Positions 1 to 10,650 are shown, counted from the first letter of the stretch. The stretch is DNA of 64,000 nt from an uncultured cyanobacterium (GCA_963706595.1 OY970166.1:3104001-3168000), one strand, 5' to 3'. The notes: a model not told the origin generated them from the sequence alone. A program made the numbers and translations.

Positions 1-2085
1 ACGTTCAAATAATTTTATATATTGAAACTTATCTTCAGCCTCAAGCAAAGTCATTAAATATTTTACGATCTCTGATGTCAAGCCACCATAAGCTAGTAAG
101 TCATATATTTCTTTTGATAGCTGATCATCATCGATGAGAAAGTTATCACGTCTACTTCCAGGGTCTAATCTCACCCATTTTTTCAAACTGTCTGTGATTT
201 TTTGAGCGCACAAAAATTCACCAAAACTCTTATGAATAAACTCTACAGCACCCTCAGTTGAATCAGAAGCTTTTGCTGGTCTTAAATAAAATGCTGCTAA
301 CGCATTTCTTAAAGGATTTTCTCCTAAATTTTGTTGGGCTTTTTCCAACATATCCTTTACTGATTTATCATTTTTAAGACGTTCTTCAATTGTTTTAATT
401 GAAGTCCACTCTCTACCAGATTGGGTAACACACAATCCAGCTTCAAGCAAAATCAATCGCAAATCTTCTGTATCAAGTCCAGTAATTTTATCGTTAAGTT
501 TATCCGGACGCTGTTTCGTGAGTACCCAATCTATCGTAGTTTGATAAATCCGTATCTTAGCTTGAGCGCCGCTACTATCTTTAAACATTTCAGTATTTAA
601 TTCATCATCCCGGTGCATGGCTGCTAACAAATACAATAACAACGGCTCACGCGCTAATTCTTTTACACGCTCTGGACAACTATCTGCTCTTAAAAAATCT
701 TGAAATGCTTCTGCTTTATCTTGTCCAACTAATTTACCCCATTTTTCTAACCATTGTTCTTGGAGCTTGTCATTCATTAAAGCAATTTCTACCCTTTTTA
801 AATTGGTAGGTACACGATTTTCCAGCCCCTGTAAAGCTGATTCTCTACCAGTGACTAAAAACCGATGTTTGCATCCTGTTTGTGCTTGATAATTTCCTAC
901 TTGCTGAAGAAAATCTTCAACTCCTTTAGCAGTTCTTCCTTCAAAACGTAATTCATCAAAACCATCTAGTAGAAACAAAAATCGGGTATTGCGGTCATTC
1001 AACCAACTATCACTGGTAGAAAAAGGCTGCCTAACAGCAGCGCGGAGAGTATTTTCAATATTAGGCTCAAAAGTATCTATATCTCTCAGTCGAATTAATA
1101 TTGGTGTCCAAATAGGGTGAAGATTTTCTCTGACCCAATTAGCGAACATTCGACAAAAGACACTCTTCCCTCGCCCTGGGCCTGCTTGAATAAACATGAC
1201 TTGGCGATTTTGATCGGGTTTGGTTAAATAATCTTTTGCCCAAGTTTCTAAATTAACAGCGTCTACATTTTTTTGAAGTTTTCCATTACTATCCAATAAA
1301 TTGGCTTCTAAAGACACGTAAATGTCAGGAAATGTAAACTCTTCATCTATTACTTTCCATCGGTCACGTAAAATTGGATCATTAGGCTTTGGTGATATAT
1401 ATTCTTGTAAATATGATTCAATATCGGCGTATTTATGATTAGCTCTGATTTCCTTCGCTGCCGTCATCTTCATATTTAAAGCTTGACGTACATTCTCTGG
1501 CTCAACTGATAAAAGTGATTCTACTTTCTGGTAAGTCTCCCAGGCAACCCACCCTGTTATGATGGGTGCAATTGTCTTGTTAATTCCAGCTTTTTCTAAA
1601 TAATTAGATAACTCATGATTTAAAGCTTGACCTAACGTAGATTCTGAGAAGTTTTTTAATACTTCATTAGCCAAATTTTCATCTAATTCAAATTCTCCTA
1701 ACTGGTTAATTTGCTGCTTGGCTTCTTGCTCTGATTTTTCAGCATCTATTTTTTGTTTTAACCAGCCATTTCTTTGAATTAAGGCATCAAAGCTTTGGAT
1801 ATAAGCCAGAGGAAAAGCAACTGCTACCCATTGTTCTACGTTGAATTCCTGGTTGATTTTTTCGCGTAGCAGGTCTAATCCTTTGCGAGTAAGACCTACA
1901 AAAGACAATCCGGCTGCTACTACAGGTGCTGATGGAACACTTGCCAGTATACCCAGTGCGATCGCCAATTCCAAGCCCGCTTTAGTTACTTCTGCTCCCG
2001 ACTCTACTGTATCGCCATGCTGTCCTAAGTTTTGGAAGAGTCCATCATTAATCAAACCTTGCCAAATCTGCTTAATCTTTTTCAT
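1..2085 (-). CDS. NACHT/STAND-type NTPase, 3' end outside the window (missing from the ORF track)
   Basis: Manual translation from ATG at 2085 (MKKIKQIWQGLINDG...) gives Walker A VMFIQAGPGRGKS (~1165-1200) and Walker B RFLFLLDGFDEL (~950-985). No stop seen in the parts I translated. Confidence 0.85.
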   Translation of the reverse strand, partial: MKKIKQIWQGLINDGLFQNLGQHGDTVESGAEVTKAGLELAIALGILASVPSAPVVAAGLSFVGLTRKGLDLLREKINQEFNVEQWVAVAFPLAYIQSFDALIQRNGWLKQKIDAEKSEQEAKQQINQLGEFELDENLANEVLKNFSESTLGQALNHELSNYLEKAGINKTIAPIITGWVAWETYQKVESLLSVEPENVRQALNMKMTAAKEIRANHKYADIESYLQEYISPKPNDPILRDRWKVIDEEFTFPDIYVSLEANLLDSNGKLQKNVDAVNLETWAKDYLTKPDQNRQVMFIQAGPGRGKSVFCRMFANWVRENLHPIWTPILIRLRDIDTFEPNIENTLRAAVRQPFSTSDSWLNDRNTRFLFLLDGFDELRFEGRTAKGVEDFLQQVGNYQAQTGCKHRFLVTGRESALQGLENRVPTNLKRVEIALMNDKLQEQWLEKWGKLVGQDKAEAFQDFLRADSCPERVKELAREPLLLYLLAAMHRDDELNTEMFKDSSGAQAKIRIYQTTIDWVLTKQRPDKLNDKITGLDTEDLRLILLEAGLCVTQSGREWTSIKTIEERLKNDKSVKDMLEKAQQNLGENPLRNALAAFYLRPAKASDSTEGAVEFIHKSFGEFLCAQKITDSLKKWVRLDPGSRRDNFLIDDDQLSKEIYDLLAYGGLTSEIVKYLMTLLEAEDKFQYIKLFER

Positions 2086-2377
2086 TATTTAAATTCCGGC
2101 GCTCAGAATTTTGCTACCGATGAGGGTTTATGCTTGATACATCTTCAGTATGCAGTTTTCCGCCTTGTAGCGCAATATTCTTCATGTAGCCAGTAAATAA
2201 CGCATTGCACCAGAATTTAAATAGACCTCTCCCCCAACCCCTCTCCGACGCGGAGAGGGGAGTAAAAAGCATAATTTTCCGTTGCTCCTCCCTTTCCTTG
2301 CAGGAGAGGGAGGCTGGGAGGGAGAGGTTCCGTCGAATTCACGTTAATTTATTGTTGGATAAAATTCTTAATCCCGA

Positions 2378-3094
2378 TTAACCCAAATCAAAAAGTAAAA
2401 ATTCTGTGCTAATGTCGGTACTGATTTGCAGTTTTTCTTCCCCACTAATTTGCACCCCATCACCGGCTCTGAGTTCCTGTCCATTCAAAGTTGCGACACC
2501 TTGAGCTATTTGTAACCAAGCATAACGATGAGGTTTAACGTGATAATTCACAACATCACCAGCCTCTAAAATAGACGCATACAAATCAACATCTTGGTGA
2601 ATTGTCACCGCACCATTACGCCCATCTTTAGCAGCAATTAAGCGTAGTTGACCGCGCTTTTCTGCTAAAGGAAATGATTTTTGTTCATACCTGGGTGTTA
2701 TTCCTTGCTTGTCTGGTAAAATCCAAATTTGCAGCAAGTGCAGTGGTTCAGTTTGTGAGGGATTAAATTCACTGTGAGCGATTCCAGTTCCTGCACTCAT
2801 TATCTGTGCATCACCAGGACGAATTATGGAACCAGTACCCAAACTGTCTTTATGTTCAACTGCTCCTGATAGGACATAAGTGAGAATTTCCATATCACGG
2901 TGACTGTGGCGCGGAAATCCAGCCCCAGGGGCGATGCGGTCATCGTTGATTACTCGCAGGCTGCGAAATCCCATGCGATCGCGATCGTAAAAATTACCGA
3001 AGGAAAATGTATGATAACTATTGAGCCAGCCAATCTCAGCATGACCACGGGCATTTCGATCATGAATTAGATAGTTAATGGTGTTTTGAGACAT
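2378..3094 (-). CDS. Pirin family protein (YhhW-like)
   Basis: Motifs HTFSFG, LRVINDD, GFPRHSHRDMEI, MSAGTGIAHSE, LQIWI. Confidence 0.93.
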   Translation of the reverse strand: MSQNTINYLIHDRNARGHAEIGWLNSYHTFSFGNFYDRDRMGFRSLRVINDDRIAPGAGFPRHSHRDMEILTYVLSGAVEHKDSLGTGSIIRPGDAQIMSAGTGIAHSEFNPSQTEPLHLLQIWILPDKQGITPRYEQKSFPLAEKRGQLRLIAAKDGRNGAVTIHQDVDLYASILEAGDVVNYHVKPHRYAWLQIAQGVATLNGQELRAGDGVQISGEEKLQISTDISTEFLLFDLG

Positions 3095-3241
3095 GATTTT
3101 ACCTCGCTTCAGAAAGTTGAGTATTTTATTACTGTGCTGATTTAAATAAATAAATTTTTTACTTGTTTAAATAATAGAATGCATACCTACCAAATGAACA
3201 GTACGTACTTAAAAGTAAGATAGTTACCAAAAAGAAACCAC

Positions 3242-3370
3242 CACCGCAAAGCGGAAGTAAAAAGTTTACCCTGAGCGAAGTCGAGGGGTCAAAAGTCAAA
3301 AGTCAAAAAGCTTATAAAATAGGCTTTTCATTGATTTCAAATGATTGTGCTATTTCCGCTAACCTATACT
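3242..3370. mobile_element. MITE-like repeat, CTAGTAC(C/A)GC-end family (inverted, degenerate copy)
   Basis: Reverse complement resembles 45162-45265 and 41765-41914 (ccgcaaagcggaagt end, tcaaaag heptamers, ttcattgattt). Confidence 0.55.
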
Positions 3371-3426
3371 ACTTGTAGCAGTATTCAATTAGCCGCGATT
3401 GTTTTGATTGTAAATAGACCAGCATT

Positions 3427-3455
3427 GTAGGGGTTTAGCAATGCTAAACCCCTAC
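3427..3455. repeat. GTAG-type REP-like palindrome
   Basis: GTAGGGGTTTAGCA-A-TGCTAAACCCCTAC is a perfect inverted repeat. Confidence 0.75.
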
Positions 3456-3522
3456 GAAAGATATGGTTTTTGACAATACATATTTAATGTTAATTGTCAA
3501 TACGTAACTTCTAAAGAAATCC

Positions 3523-4089
3523 TTATCTGAGTACAGCTGTCTTTTGAGTCGTACCAGCTTTACCATTTTCAGCCTTGACTTCTGCTACTTGCAAATGAGC
3601 GTCTAAGAACCAGAGTCGTTTGTCAATGGTGCGGGAAATTTCGGTGTAAAGGTCGGCGGTATCAGCATCGCCTAAGCTATCGGTTTTCGCGATCGCATCT
3701 CTGATATGTTTGCCATAGGCTGCAAAACGATCTGCTAAAGCTGCAACATGATCTTTACCTTCTAAAATATCGAAGGGATATTCTGGCAAAATAGAATTAC
3801 TAGCCGCAGCCCTTGCTGTTCCTAAAGCGTAACCACCTAAAGCGGTGACACGTTCCGCGACCATATCAACATACTGTTCTAACTCCCCCGCCAGTTGATC
3901 AAATAATTCGTGCAGCTGAAAGAAGTCATTACCCTTAACATTCCAGTGTGCTTGCTTCGCTTGGGTTTTTAAATCCGAAGTTGCTGCTAAGGTTTGATTG
4001 AGAATTACCACGAGTTGTACTCGCGCTTCAGCAGGAATATCAATGCGGGTAGGGTACAGACGAGACGTAAGTGTGTTGTTATTAGTCAA
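3523..4089 (-). CDS. dps: Dps DNA starvation/stationary phase protection protein
   Basis: KQAHWNVKG, LHELFD, DMVAERV ferroxidase motifs. TTG start at 4089 preferred over track start 4116. Confidence 0.93.
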   Translation of the reverse strand: MTNNNTLTSRLYPTRIDIPAEARVQLVVILNQTLAATSDLKTQAKQAHWNVKGNDFFQLHELFDQLAGELEQYVDMVAERVTALGGYALGTARAAASNSILPEYPFDILEGKDHVAALADRFAAYGKHIRDAIAKTDSLGDADTADLYTEISRTIDKRLWFLDAHLQVAEVKAENGKAGTTQKTAVLR

Positions 4090-4394
4090 AATTCTACTTC
4101 CATTGGAGCGACACAAACAGTCTACAGATAGTGGATAACTTTTTGGAACTCTCTCTGGCAGATGGCCTTAATGTCTAAATGAATTATTATCTTTATTTAT
4201 GATCTTTATATCAACTAAAGATTCTCAATTAAATCGCTCAAATGTCATGGCTCTTAATAGCGGTTAACTTCTGACTCAGACAGGCGATCGCCGCTTATTT
4301 AATTACAGAAAATTATCGCCCCAGGAGATTAAATTTGACTATTTTTCTCAGAGTATTGTAAATTTTGAACTATACCCAAAGAAATATTATTTTC

Positions 4395-4811
4395 ATGAAT
4401 TACTACGTTATCTATGACGGAAACTGCAATCTCTGCGTTACTCTAGTCCAGTTACTGGAAAACCTAGACCAAGGAAAGCTGTTTCGTTACGCCCCCATGC
4501 AAGATGAGCAAACACTGGGACAGTGGGGAGTTACATCCCTAGATTGCGAACAGGGGATGATTTTAATTGATGCTAATGCACCGGAAAGACGTTGGCAAGG
4601 TAGTGATGCGGCTGAGGAAATTGGGCGATTATTGCCGATGGGGAGTGTATTTGTGGAAGCTTATCGGGCGTTACCGGGGATGAAATGGGTAGGAGATCGC
4701 TTCTATGAACAAATCCGCGACAACCGCTATACTCTTTTTGGCAAGCGTGAAAGTACTTATAAATCAGCGTATTGTGTTGATGGTAGCTGCAAAACTGAGC
4801 ATTACCAATAA
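4395..4811 (+). CDS. DCC family thiol-disulfide oxidoreductase (DUF393)
   Basis: N-terminal YDGNCNLC (DxxCxxC). Confidence 0.88.
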   Translation: MNYYVIYDGNCNLCVTLVQLLENLDQGKLFRYAPMQDEQTLGQWGVTSLDCEQGMILIDANAPERRWQGSDAAEEIGRLLPMGSVFVEAYRALPGMKWVGDRFYEQIRDNRYTLFGKRESTYKSAYCVDGSCKTEHYQ

Positions 4812-4934
4812 TTACGGCTTTTGGGATTACCCATAAATCAATTCTCCAACTTCTACTTTCTCCTGCTCTTAGGTGATTTCGGGTTTTCTTATTTGCAAGT
4901 TTTTTTGTCCTACACCAAAACATTAAAGTAATTC

Positions 4935-6436
4935 ATGAAAATCAAATTTCGCCTACTAATTGGTTTGATAATTGGTTTGATAATTGGTACTACGTTGGCA
5001 CTATACACAAAGACTCTTGTAACTCGTTTCGTAACTCCTAAAAGCTTTAGCGATTGGTGTCAGCAAAAATCAACTTTATCTCCAGAAACAAGACATACAG
5101 TTGAGATTCTGTTACAAAAGGCTGATACTCAAAACTGTGAGCTTGCTAACGAAAGCCTTAGCAAGCTGACTTCTCTCGACCTTGATTCCCATCAAATCAG
5201 CGATATCCAGCCATTATCGGCGCTGACTAATTTGACTTCTCTCTGGCTCGACTCCAATCAAATCAGTGATATCCAGCCATTATCGGCGCTGACTAATTTG
5301 ATTGAACTCAGGCTCCACTCCAATCAAATCAGTGATATCCAGCCATTATCGGCGCTGACTAATTTGACTTCTCTCCGGCTCGGCTCCAATCAAATCAGTG
5401 AAATCCAGCCATTATCGGCGCTGACTAATTTGACTTCTCTCTGGCTCGGCCCAATCAAATCAGTGAAATCCAGCCATTATCAGCGCTGACTAATTTGATT
5501 GAACTCAGGCTCCACTCCAATCAAATCAGTAAAATCCAGCCATTATCGGCGCTGACTAATTTGACTGAACTCACCCTCGGCTCCAATAAAATCAGTGAAA
5601 TCCAGCCATTATCGGCGCTGACTAATTTGACTTCTCTCAAACTCAGCTCCAATAAAATCAGTGATATCCAGCCATTATCGGCGCTGACTAATTTGATTTC
5701 TCTCTGGCTCGGCTCCAATCAAATCAGTGAAATCCAGCCATTATCGGCGCTGACTAATTTGACTGTTCTCTGGCTCGAATCCAATAAAATCAGTGAAATC
5801 CAGCCATTATCGGCGCTGACTAATTTGACTATTCTCTGGCTCCACTCCAATCAAATCGGTGAAATCCAGCCATTATCGGCGCTGACTAATTTGACTGAAC
5901 TCACCCTCGGCTCCAATCAAATCAGTGAAATCCAGCCATTATCGGCGCTGACTAATTTGACTGAACTCACCCTCGGCTCCAATCAAATCAGTGATATCCA
6001 GACATTATCGGCGCTGACTAATTTGACTGTTCTCTGGCTCGACTCCAATCAAATCAGTGAAATCCAGCCATTATCGGCGCTGACTAATTTGACTTTTCTC
6101 ACGCTCAACTCCAATCAAATCAGTGAAATTCAGCCATTATCGGCGCTGACTAATTTGACTTCTCTCAGGCTCGAATCCAATCAAATCAGTGAAATCCAGC
6201 CATTATCTGTGCTGACTAATTTGACTTTTCTCACGCTCAACTCCAATCAAATCAGTGAAATCCAGCCATTATCGGCGCTGACTAATTTGACTTCTCTCAG
6301 GCTCGAATCCAATCAAATCAGTGAAATCCAGCCATTATCTGTACTGACTAATTTGACTGTTCTGGATATTAAGAATAACCCGATCGCAAGCCAAACCTGT
6401 CCTGTTCAACCGGAGTCGATCTGTACCTTTAATTAA
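4935..6436 (+). pseudogene. Internalin-like leucine-rich repeat protein with N-terminal signal/TM segment, split by a 1-nt deletion at ~5451 (track ORFs 4935-5489 and 5495-6436)
   Basis: Hydrophobic N-terminus, Cys-containing cap (FSDWC...C), 22-aa LRRs, C-terminal CPVQPESIC cap. Repeat 5 reads ggc-cc-aat where others read ggc-tcc-aat. Confidence 0.85.
5167..6380 (+). repeat. Coding tandem repeat: 18 x 66 bp plus a terminal degenerate unit
   Basis: Near-invariant core aatcaaatcagtgaaatccagccattatcggcgctgactaatttg alternating with a 21-nt variable segment. Confidence 0.95.
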
Positions 6437-6495
6437 CGTTAATTATTGGAAATTTATCACCTTTGTGAAACCTTAAGGTAGAAAATTAACCTAGA

Positions 6496-6924
6496 TTAAT
6501 CACTGGCTTGATTAAAAACCTCTAAGATGTGTCGGCAAATTTCCTTGAGTTTGTCACCCACTTGTGGCGAAGGTTCAGCCATACCGACAAAACTCCAGTT
6601 TTCCACAGTAGACAGTCGCCAAGCTTCACCACGATGGTCAAACCCAGCCACTTCTAAACCAATAGCGCGACGTGACTGATTTATGGGATCTTGGTAAAAG
6701 CGGATTTGAATCAAAACACTGCGACTGCGCCAAGATTTGCTGATTCCCGGAAAGTGAAAACCGATGTCTATAGAATCTGGATCAATTAACTCTCTGGTTT
6801 CTGGGTCATTCTTCCAAGGTTTGAGATCCGATTTCGCATCAGGAAACTCGAATTTAAACAAATTTACTACCGTAGCAATCTTGCTGGCGAGTTCAAGGTT
6901 TGTTGCTTGTTCAGATGCATTCAC
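6496..6924 (-). CDS. Hypothetical protein, likely conserved in cyanobacteria
   Basis: 142-aa ORF with protein-like composition (DLKPWxxDPETRxxxDPDSIDIGFHFPG). Confidence 0.75.
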   Translation of the reverse strand: MNASEQATNLELASKIATVVNLFKFEFPDAKSDLKPWKNDPETRELIDPDSIDIGFHFPGISKSWRSRSVLIQIRFYQDPINQSRRAIGLEVAGFDHRGEAWRLSTVENWSFVGMAEPSPQVGDKLKEICRHILEVFNQASD

Positions 6925-6965
6925 GAAAAAACACTCCTATTACCGCAAGTGCGGAAGTCCAACAA

Positions 6966-6998
6966 TTTTAGATTTTAGATTTTAGATTTTAGATTTAG
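6966..6998. repeat. STRR-like heptamer tract (TTTTAGA)n
   Basis: About 4.5 tandem copies. Confidence 0.8.
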
Positions 6999-7214
6999 CA
7001 AATTTAAAATTACGCTTTCCTCCTAATTAAGTCTTTTGAGACTAAACAAGGTTATCTTGAGTAATTATACTTAATTTTTTTTATAAATACGCAGTAACTA
7101 CGCCCATTAGCAGAATTTTCAGGAAAATCCGTTGTGAAGTAGAACGATAGATCACCCCAACGATCTAAAATTACACTGTTAATCGGCACACACAAAACAC
7201 AATAAATTCAGTTT

Positions 7215-7667
7215 ATGGCGCGTCAACGCTCGATTTTTTCTCTAATTCTAGTATTATTAGCTACATTCCTCATTAGTTGTGGTGGCCCTAGCGTCGCAGT
7301 TGTACCTCCAACTTACACAGCAACTCAACTGGAGAGAATTGAGGAATATGTTCCGAAAATTCAGGCTGTGCGCGATCGCTCAGAGGAACTAAAAACCCTG
7401 ATCAACAAAAAGGATTGGATTGATGTCAGTAATTTTATACATGGTCCGATGACCGAAGCTAGGTCAAGCATGACTTATATCATTCCCAACCTCCTCCCTT
7501 CTGTCCAACCCGTAGCACGGCAAAAAACGCGAGATTTACTTAACGACTTGGTTAAAATCGATCAAGCGGCGGGACAGAGTGATACTCAACTGGCTTTGAG
7601 TAGCTACCAAAAAGCGATGGAAGACATTGATAAATTCTTCCAACTGCTTCCTGAAACCAACAGTTAA
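7215..7667 (+). CDS. psbQ: Photosystem II extrinsic lipoprotein CyanoQ
   Basis: Lipobox LISC, PPTYT and DWIDVSNFIHGPM motifs. Confidence 0.92.
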   Translation: MARQRSIFSLILVLLATFLISCGGPSVAVVPPTYTATQLERIEEYVPKIQAVRDRSEELKTLINKKDWIDVSNFIHGPMTEARSSMTYIIPNLLPSVQPVARQKTRDLLNDLVKIDQAAGQSDTQLALSSYQKAMEDIDKFFQLLPETNS

Positions 7668-7796
7668 GCATCGGTAAAATGGGATCAGGAGGATGAGAGT
7701 GCATGATCATTGCGATCTCCTCCTAGTCCCTGATATCTCCCACTTTCTTGTCCAGGCGTGAGCAATTGTGTCTCACCCACTGACTTCAAAAAAGCA

Positions 7797-8912
7797 ATGA
7801 GTCATGTAGTCATTATCGGTTGTGGTGTAGTTGGGGCTGCGATCGCCTATGAACTCAGCCTAGTTAAAAATTTAAAAATCACTGTGATCGACCGTCAAGC
7901 ACCCGCTCAAGCTTCCACAGGTGCAGCCCTGGGCGTTTTGATGGGCGTGATTAGTCATAAAATAAAAGGTCAAGCTTGGCAGAGGCGACAAACTAGCATT
8001 CAACGCTACGAAACTTTAATTCCGGAATTAGAAGCGATCACAGGGCGCAAAATCCCATTTAACCGCCAAGGTATTCTCAGTCTGTTCGGATCAGAAGAGA
8101 ATTTAGCCGGATGGGAAAACTTGGCCGCAGTGCGTCATTCTCAAGGCTGGGAATTAGAACTTTGGGATACAGCCAAACTCAAAAATCTTTGTCCTCAAGT
8201 TGATCATGCCAAAATTACGGGTGCGGTTTATTCTCCCCAAGACCGTCAACTAGATCCTACTGCTTTAACTTTAGCTTTAGTTGAAGCTGCCCAAAACAAT
8301 GGGGTAACTTGCAAATTTGGGTTAACTGTTGTGGGGACGGATACCCCAAACCCAGAGATGGAAAAAGTCAGTCAATGTATTGCTGTAGAGACGACAGAAG
8401 GAAAAATAGCCGCCGATTGGATTGTAGTCGCTGCGGGGCTGGGTTCCACACCACTGACGGCAAAGTTAAACCAGATGCTGGATATCCGCCCGGTTCTGGG
8501 ACAAGCATTACACATACATTTAGATCAACCATTGGGTAATTCTGACTTTCAGCCGGTGATTACTGGTAATGATGTCCATATTGTCCCTCTAGGGGGCGGT
8601 GATTACTGGGTGGGTGCAACTGTGGAGTTTCCTAGTAATGCCGATGAAATTCTACCAAACCAAGAAATGCTAACAGAAGTTTGGCAGCAAGCGATCGCCT
8701 TTTGCCCAGATTTAGCCCCAGCCGAAATTATCCGCACTTGGTCGGGTTTACGTCCCCGTCCTGAAGGTCGTCCCGCCCCAGTCATTGAAAAATTAGCAGG
8801 ATTTAGCAATATTCTCTTAGCTACTGGACACTACCGCAATGGTGTTTTGTTAGCACCAGCAACAGCTGACGCAATTCGTGAGATGATTACTTCTAGGGAT
8901 TATAAAAAATAG
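7797..8912 (+). CDS. FAD-dependent oxidoreductase (DAO/glycine oxidase-like)
   Basis: IIGCGVVG Rossmann motif, GLRPRP, ATGHYRNGVLLAP. Confidence 0.88.
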   Translation: MSHVVIIGCGVVGAAIAYELSLVKNLKITVIDRQAPAQASTGAALGVLMGVISHKIKGQAWQRRQTSIQRYETLIPELEAITGRKIPFNRQGILSLFGSEENLAGWENLAAVRHSQGWELELWDTAKLKNLCPQVDHAKITGAVYSPQDRQLDPTALTLALVEAAQNNGVTCKFGLTVVGTDTPNPEMEKVSQCIAVETTEGKIAADWIVVAAGLGSTPLTAKLNQMLDIRPVLGQALHIHLDQPLGNSDFQPVITGNDVHIVPLGGGDYWVGATVEFPSNADEILPNQEMLTEVWQQAIAFCPDLAPAEIIRTWSGLRPRPEGRPAPVIEKLAGFSNILLATGHYRNGVLLAPATADAIREMITSRDYKK

Positions 8913-8953
8913 CTTTTAGTATTTGGGCTTTGACGTTTGATTAGGAAAATAGC

Positions 8954-9802
8954 GTGTCTTTAAAAGAACATAAAATTAAAGTAGATTCTCTGGAATGGTT
9001 TTATCGCGAGTGTGAACCCATCGGCAAAACTGACCTGCTGCCTGTATTATTTCTACACGGTTTAGTATCACAAAGTTATAGCTGGCGCAACATTATGCCT
9101 GCTTTAGGGAGTCAGGGAAATAGAGCGATCGCACCAGATTGGATTGGTTATGGTTTTTCTTCCCAACCCGAAAAATGGGATTTTAATTACACACCTGATA
9201 AATTTATTACTGCCTTAGAAGGATTTGTCAAGGCCTTAGAACTGGAAAGATTTTCTTTAGTTGTGCAAGGATTTCTAGGTTCTGTGGGCTTACAATATGC
9301 TTTGCGCCATCCTGAGCAAATTGCTAACATAGCCATCTTGAATGCACCGATTTCCACAACTGCCAAATTGCCTTGGAAAATTAAACAACTGGGTTTACCA
9401 TTGGCAGGGGAAATGATGACTCAAGACCCCCTCTTAGTTGATCGGACTCTCGAAGGTGGGAGTCGTTACCGCATTGAAGATAAAGATTTAGATATTTATC
9501 GCAAACCATTTTTAAAAGCTTCCACTGCGGGGCGAAGTCTCCTCGCCACTGTGCGGAATTTGCAACTAGACCAAGCAATGTCAGAAATAGAATCGGGATT
9601 TAAAGAATGGCAACAGCCAATTCTAATTCAATGGGGAATGATTGACCCTTGGCTACCTATAGAGGTAGCACAAAAGTTTGCTGATTCTGTCCCTAATGCC
9701 GAGTTAATAAAAATTAATAATGTCGGGCATTATCCTCAAGAACACTACCACAAAACGATTCTAGAAGACCTTTTGCCCTTTGTCAGACGTATAAATACTT
9801 AA
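8954..9802 (+). CDS. Alpha/beta hydrolase fold protein (haloalkane dehalogenase-like)
   Basis: LFLHG, APDWIGYGFS, GHYPQE. Nucleophile elbow reads VQGFLG (atypical). Confidence 0.85.
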   Translation: MSLKEHKIKVDSLEWFYRECEPIGKTDLLPVLFLHGLVSQSYSWRNIMPALGSQGNRAIAPDWIGYGFSSQPEKWDFNYTPDKFITALEGFVKALELERFSLVVQGFLGSVGLQYALRHPEQIANIAILNAPISTTAKLPWKIKQLGLPLAGEMMTQDPLLVDRTLEGGSRYRIEDKDLDIYRKPFLKASTAGRSLLATVRNLQLDQAMSEIESGFKEWQQPILIQWGMIDPWLPIEVAQKFADSVPNAELIKINNVGHYPQEHYHKTILEDLLPFVRRINT

Positions 9803-10028
9803 TGAAAAGCCAATAAATCTGAGAAAAATCGATATCATAAACAAGAAACCATACATAAATACAGAGAAGCAGCAATACATTATTTGTTTTTCTCTAAATT
9901 TAAGTATGGTTAAGCTTAGTTAATAATGGTTTTGCTGCGGATTTATAATATTATCTAAGACTGCATTTGTAAACTTTTTTATTAAAGCTAAAAAGGGTTT
10001 AAAACCACACTGACGGAGATTTTAGTTC

Positions 10029-10619
10029 ATGGCTTATTCCTGGTTTAAAGCATTTCATCTAATTGGGATTGTAGTTTGGTTTGCGGGGTTATTTTACCTA
10101 GTACGTCTATTTATTTATCATGTAGAAGCGAACCAAGAACCAGAACCAGCAAAAACGATACTGAAAAATCAGTATCAGATTATGGAAAAGCGCCTTTACC
10201 ATATCATTACTACTCCAGGAATGTTGCTAACAGTAGCAATGGCTATAGGTTTATTAAGCACTGAACCGGAAGTTTTAAAACAGGGCTGGTTGCATATTAA
10301 ACTGCTATTTGTTGCCCTTTTACTCGGTTATCATCATTACTGTAAGCGTTTGATGAAGCAGTTAGCCGCAGATGAATGTCGCTGGAGTGGTCAGCAGTTG
10401 CGGGCGTTAAATGAAGCACCTACAGTGATGTTACTGGTGATTGTGTTACTGGCTGTGTTTAAGAATAATCTACCAACAGATATTACAGTGTGGGGCATTT
10501 TTGGCTTGATAATTTTGATGGCGGTGACTATTCAGCTTTACGCCAAAAAACGCCGCCGCGACAAAGAAAAGCTGATGGAAGAAGGACAAATAAGACAAGT
10601 TCCTCAAGAACAAAGTTAG
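10029..10619 (+). CDS. hemJ: Protoporphyrinogen IX oxidase HemJ
   Basis: WFKAFHLIGIVVWFAGLFYLVRLFIYH, MEKRLY, LRALNEAPT. Confidence 0.95.
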   Translation: MAYSWFKAFHLIGIVVWFAGLFYLVRLFIYHVEANQEPEPAKTILKNQYQIMEKRLYHIITTPGMLLTVAMAIGLLSTEPEVLKQGWLHIKLLFVALLLGYHHYCKRLMKQLAADECRWSGQQLRALNEAPTVMLLVIVLLAVFKNNLPTDITVWGIFGLIILMAVTIQLYAKKRRRDKEKLMEEGQIRQVPQEQS

Positions 10620-10650
10620 TTCAGCAACGCCAGAAGAGGTAAGAGAAACA

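Noticed and set aside
1841..2092. 83-aa plus-strand ORF
   Set aside because: Antisense shadow of the NACHT gene
5167..6380. CRISPR array (constant ~45-nt repeat plus ~21-nt variable segment)
   Set aside because: The variable segments are homologous to each other, the 66-bp unit is in frame and encodes LRRs, and no cas genes are present
4935..6436. Diversity-generating retroelement target
   Set aside because: No reverse transcriptase or template repeat in the window, and some variants change third positions. Kept only as a testable alternative.
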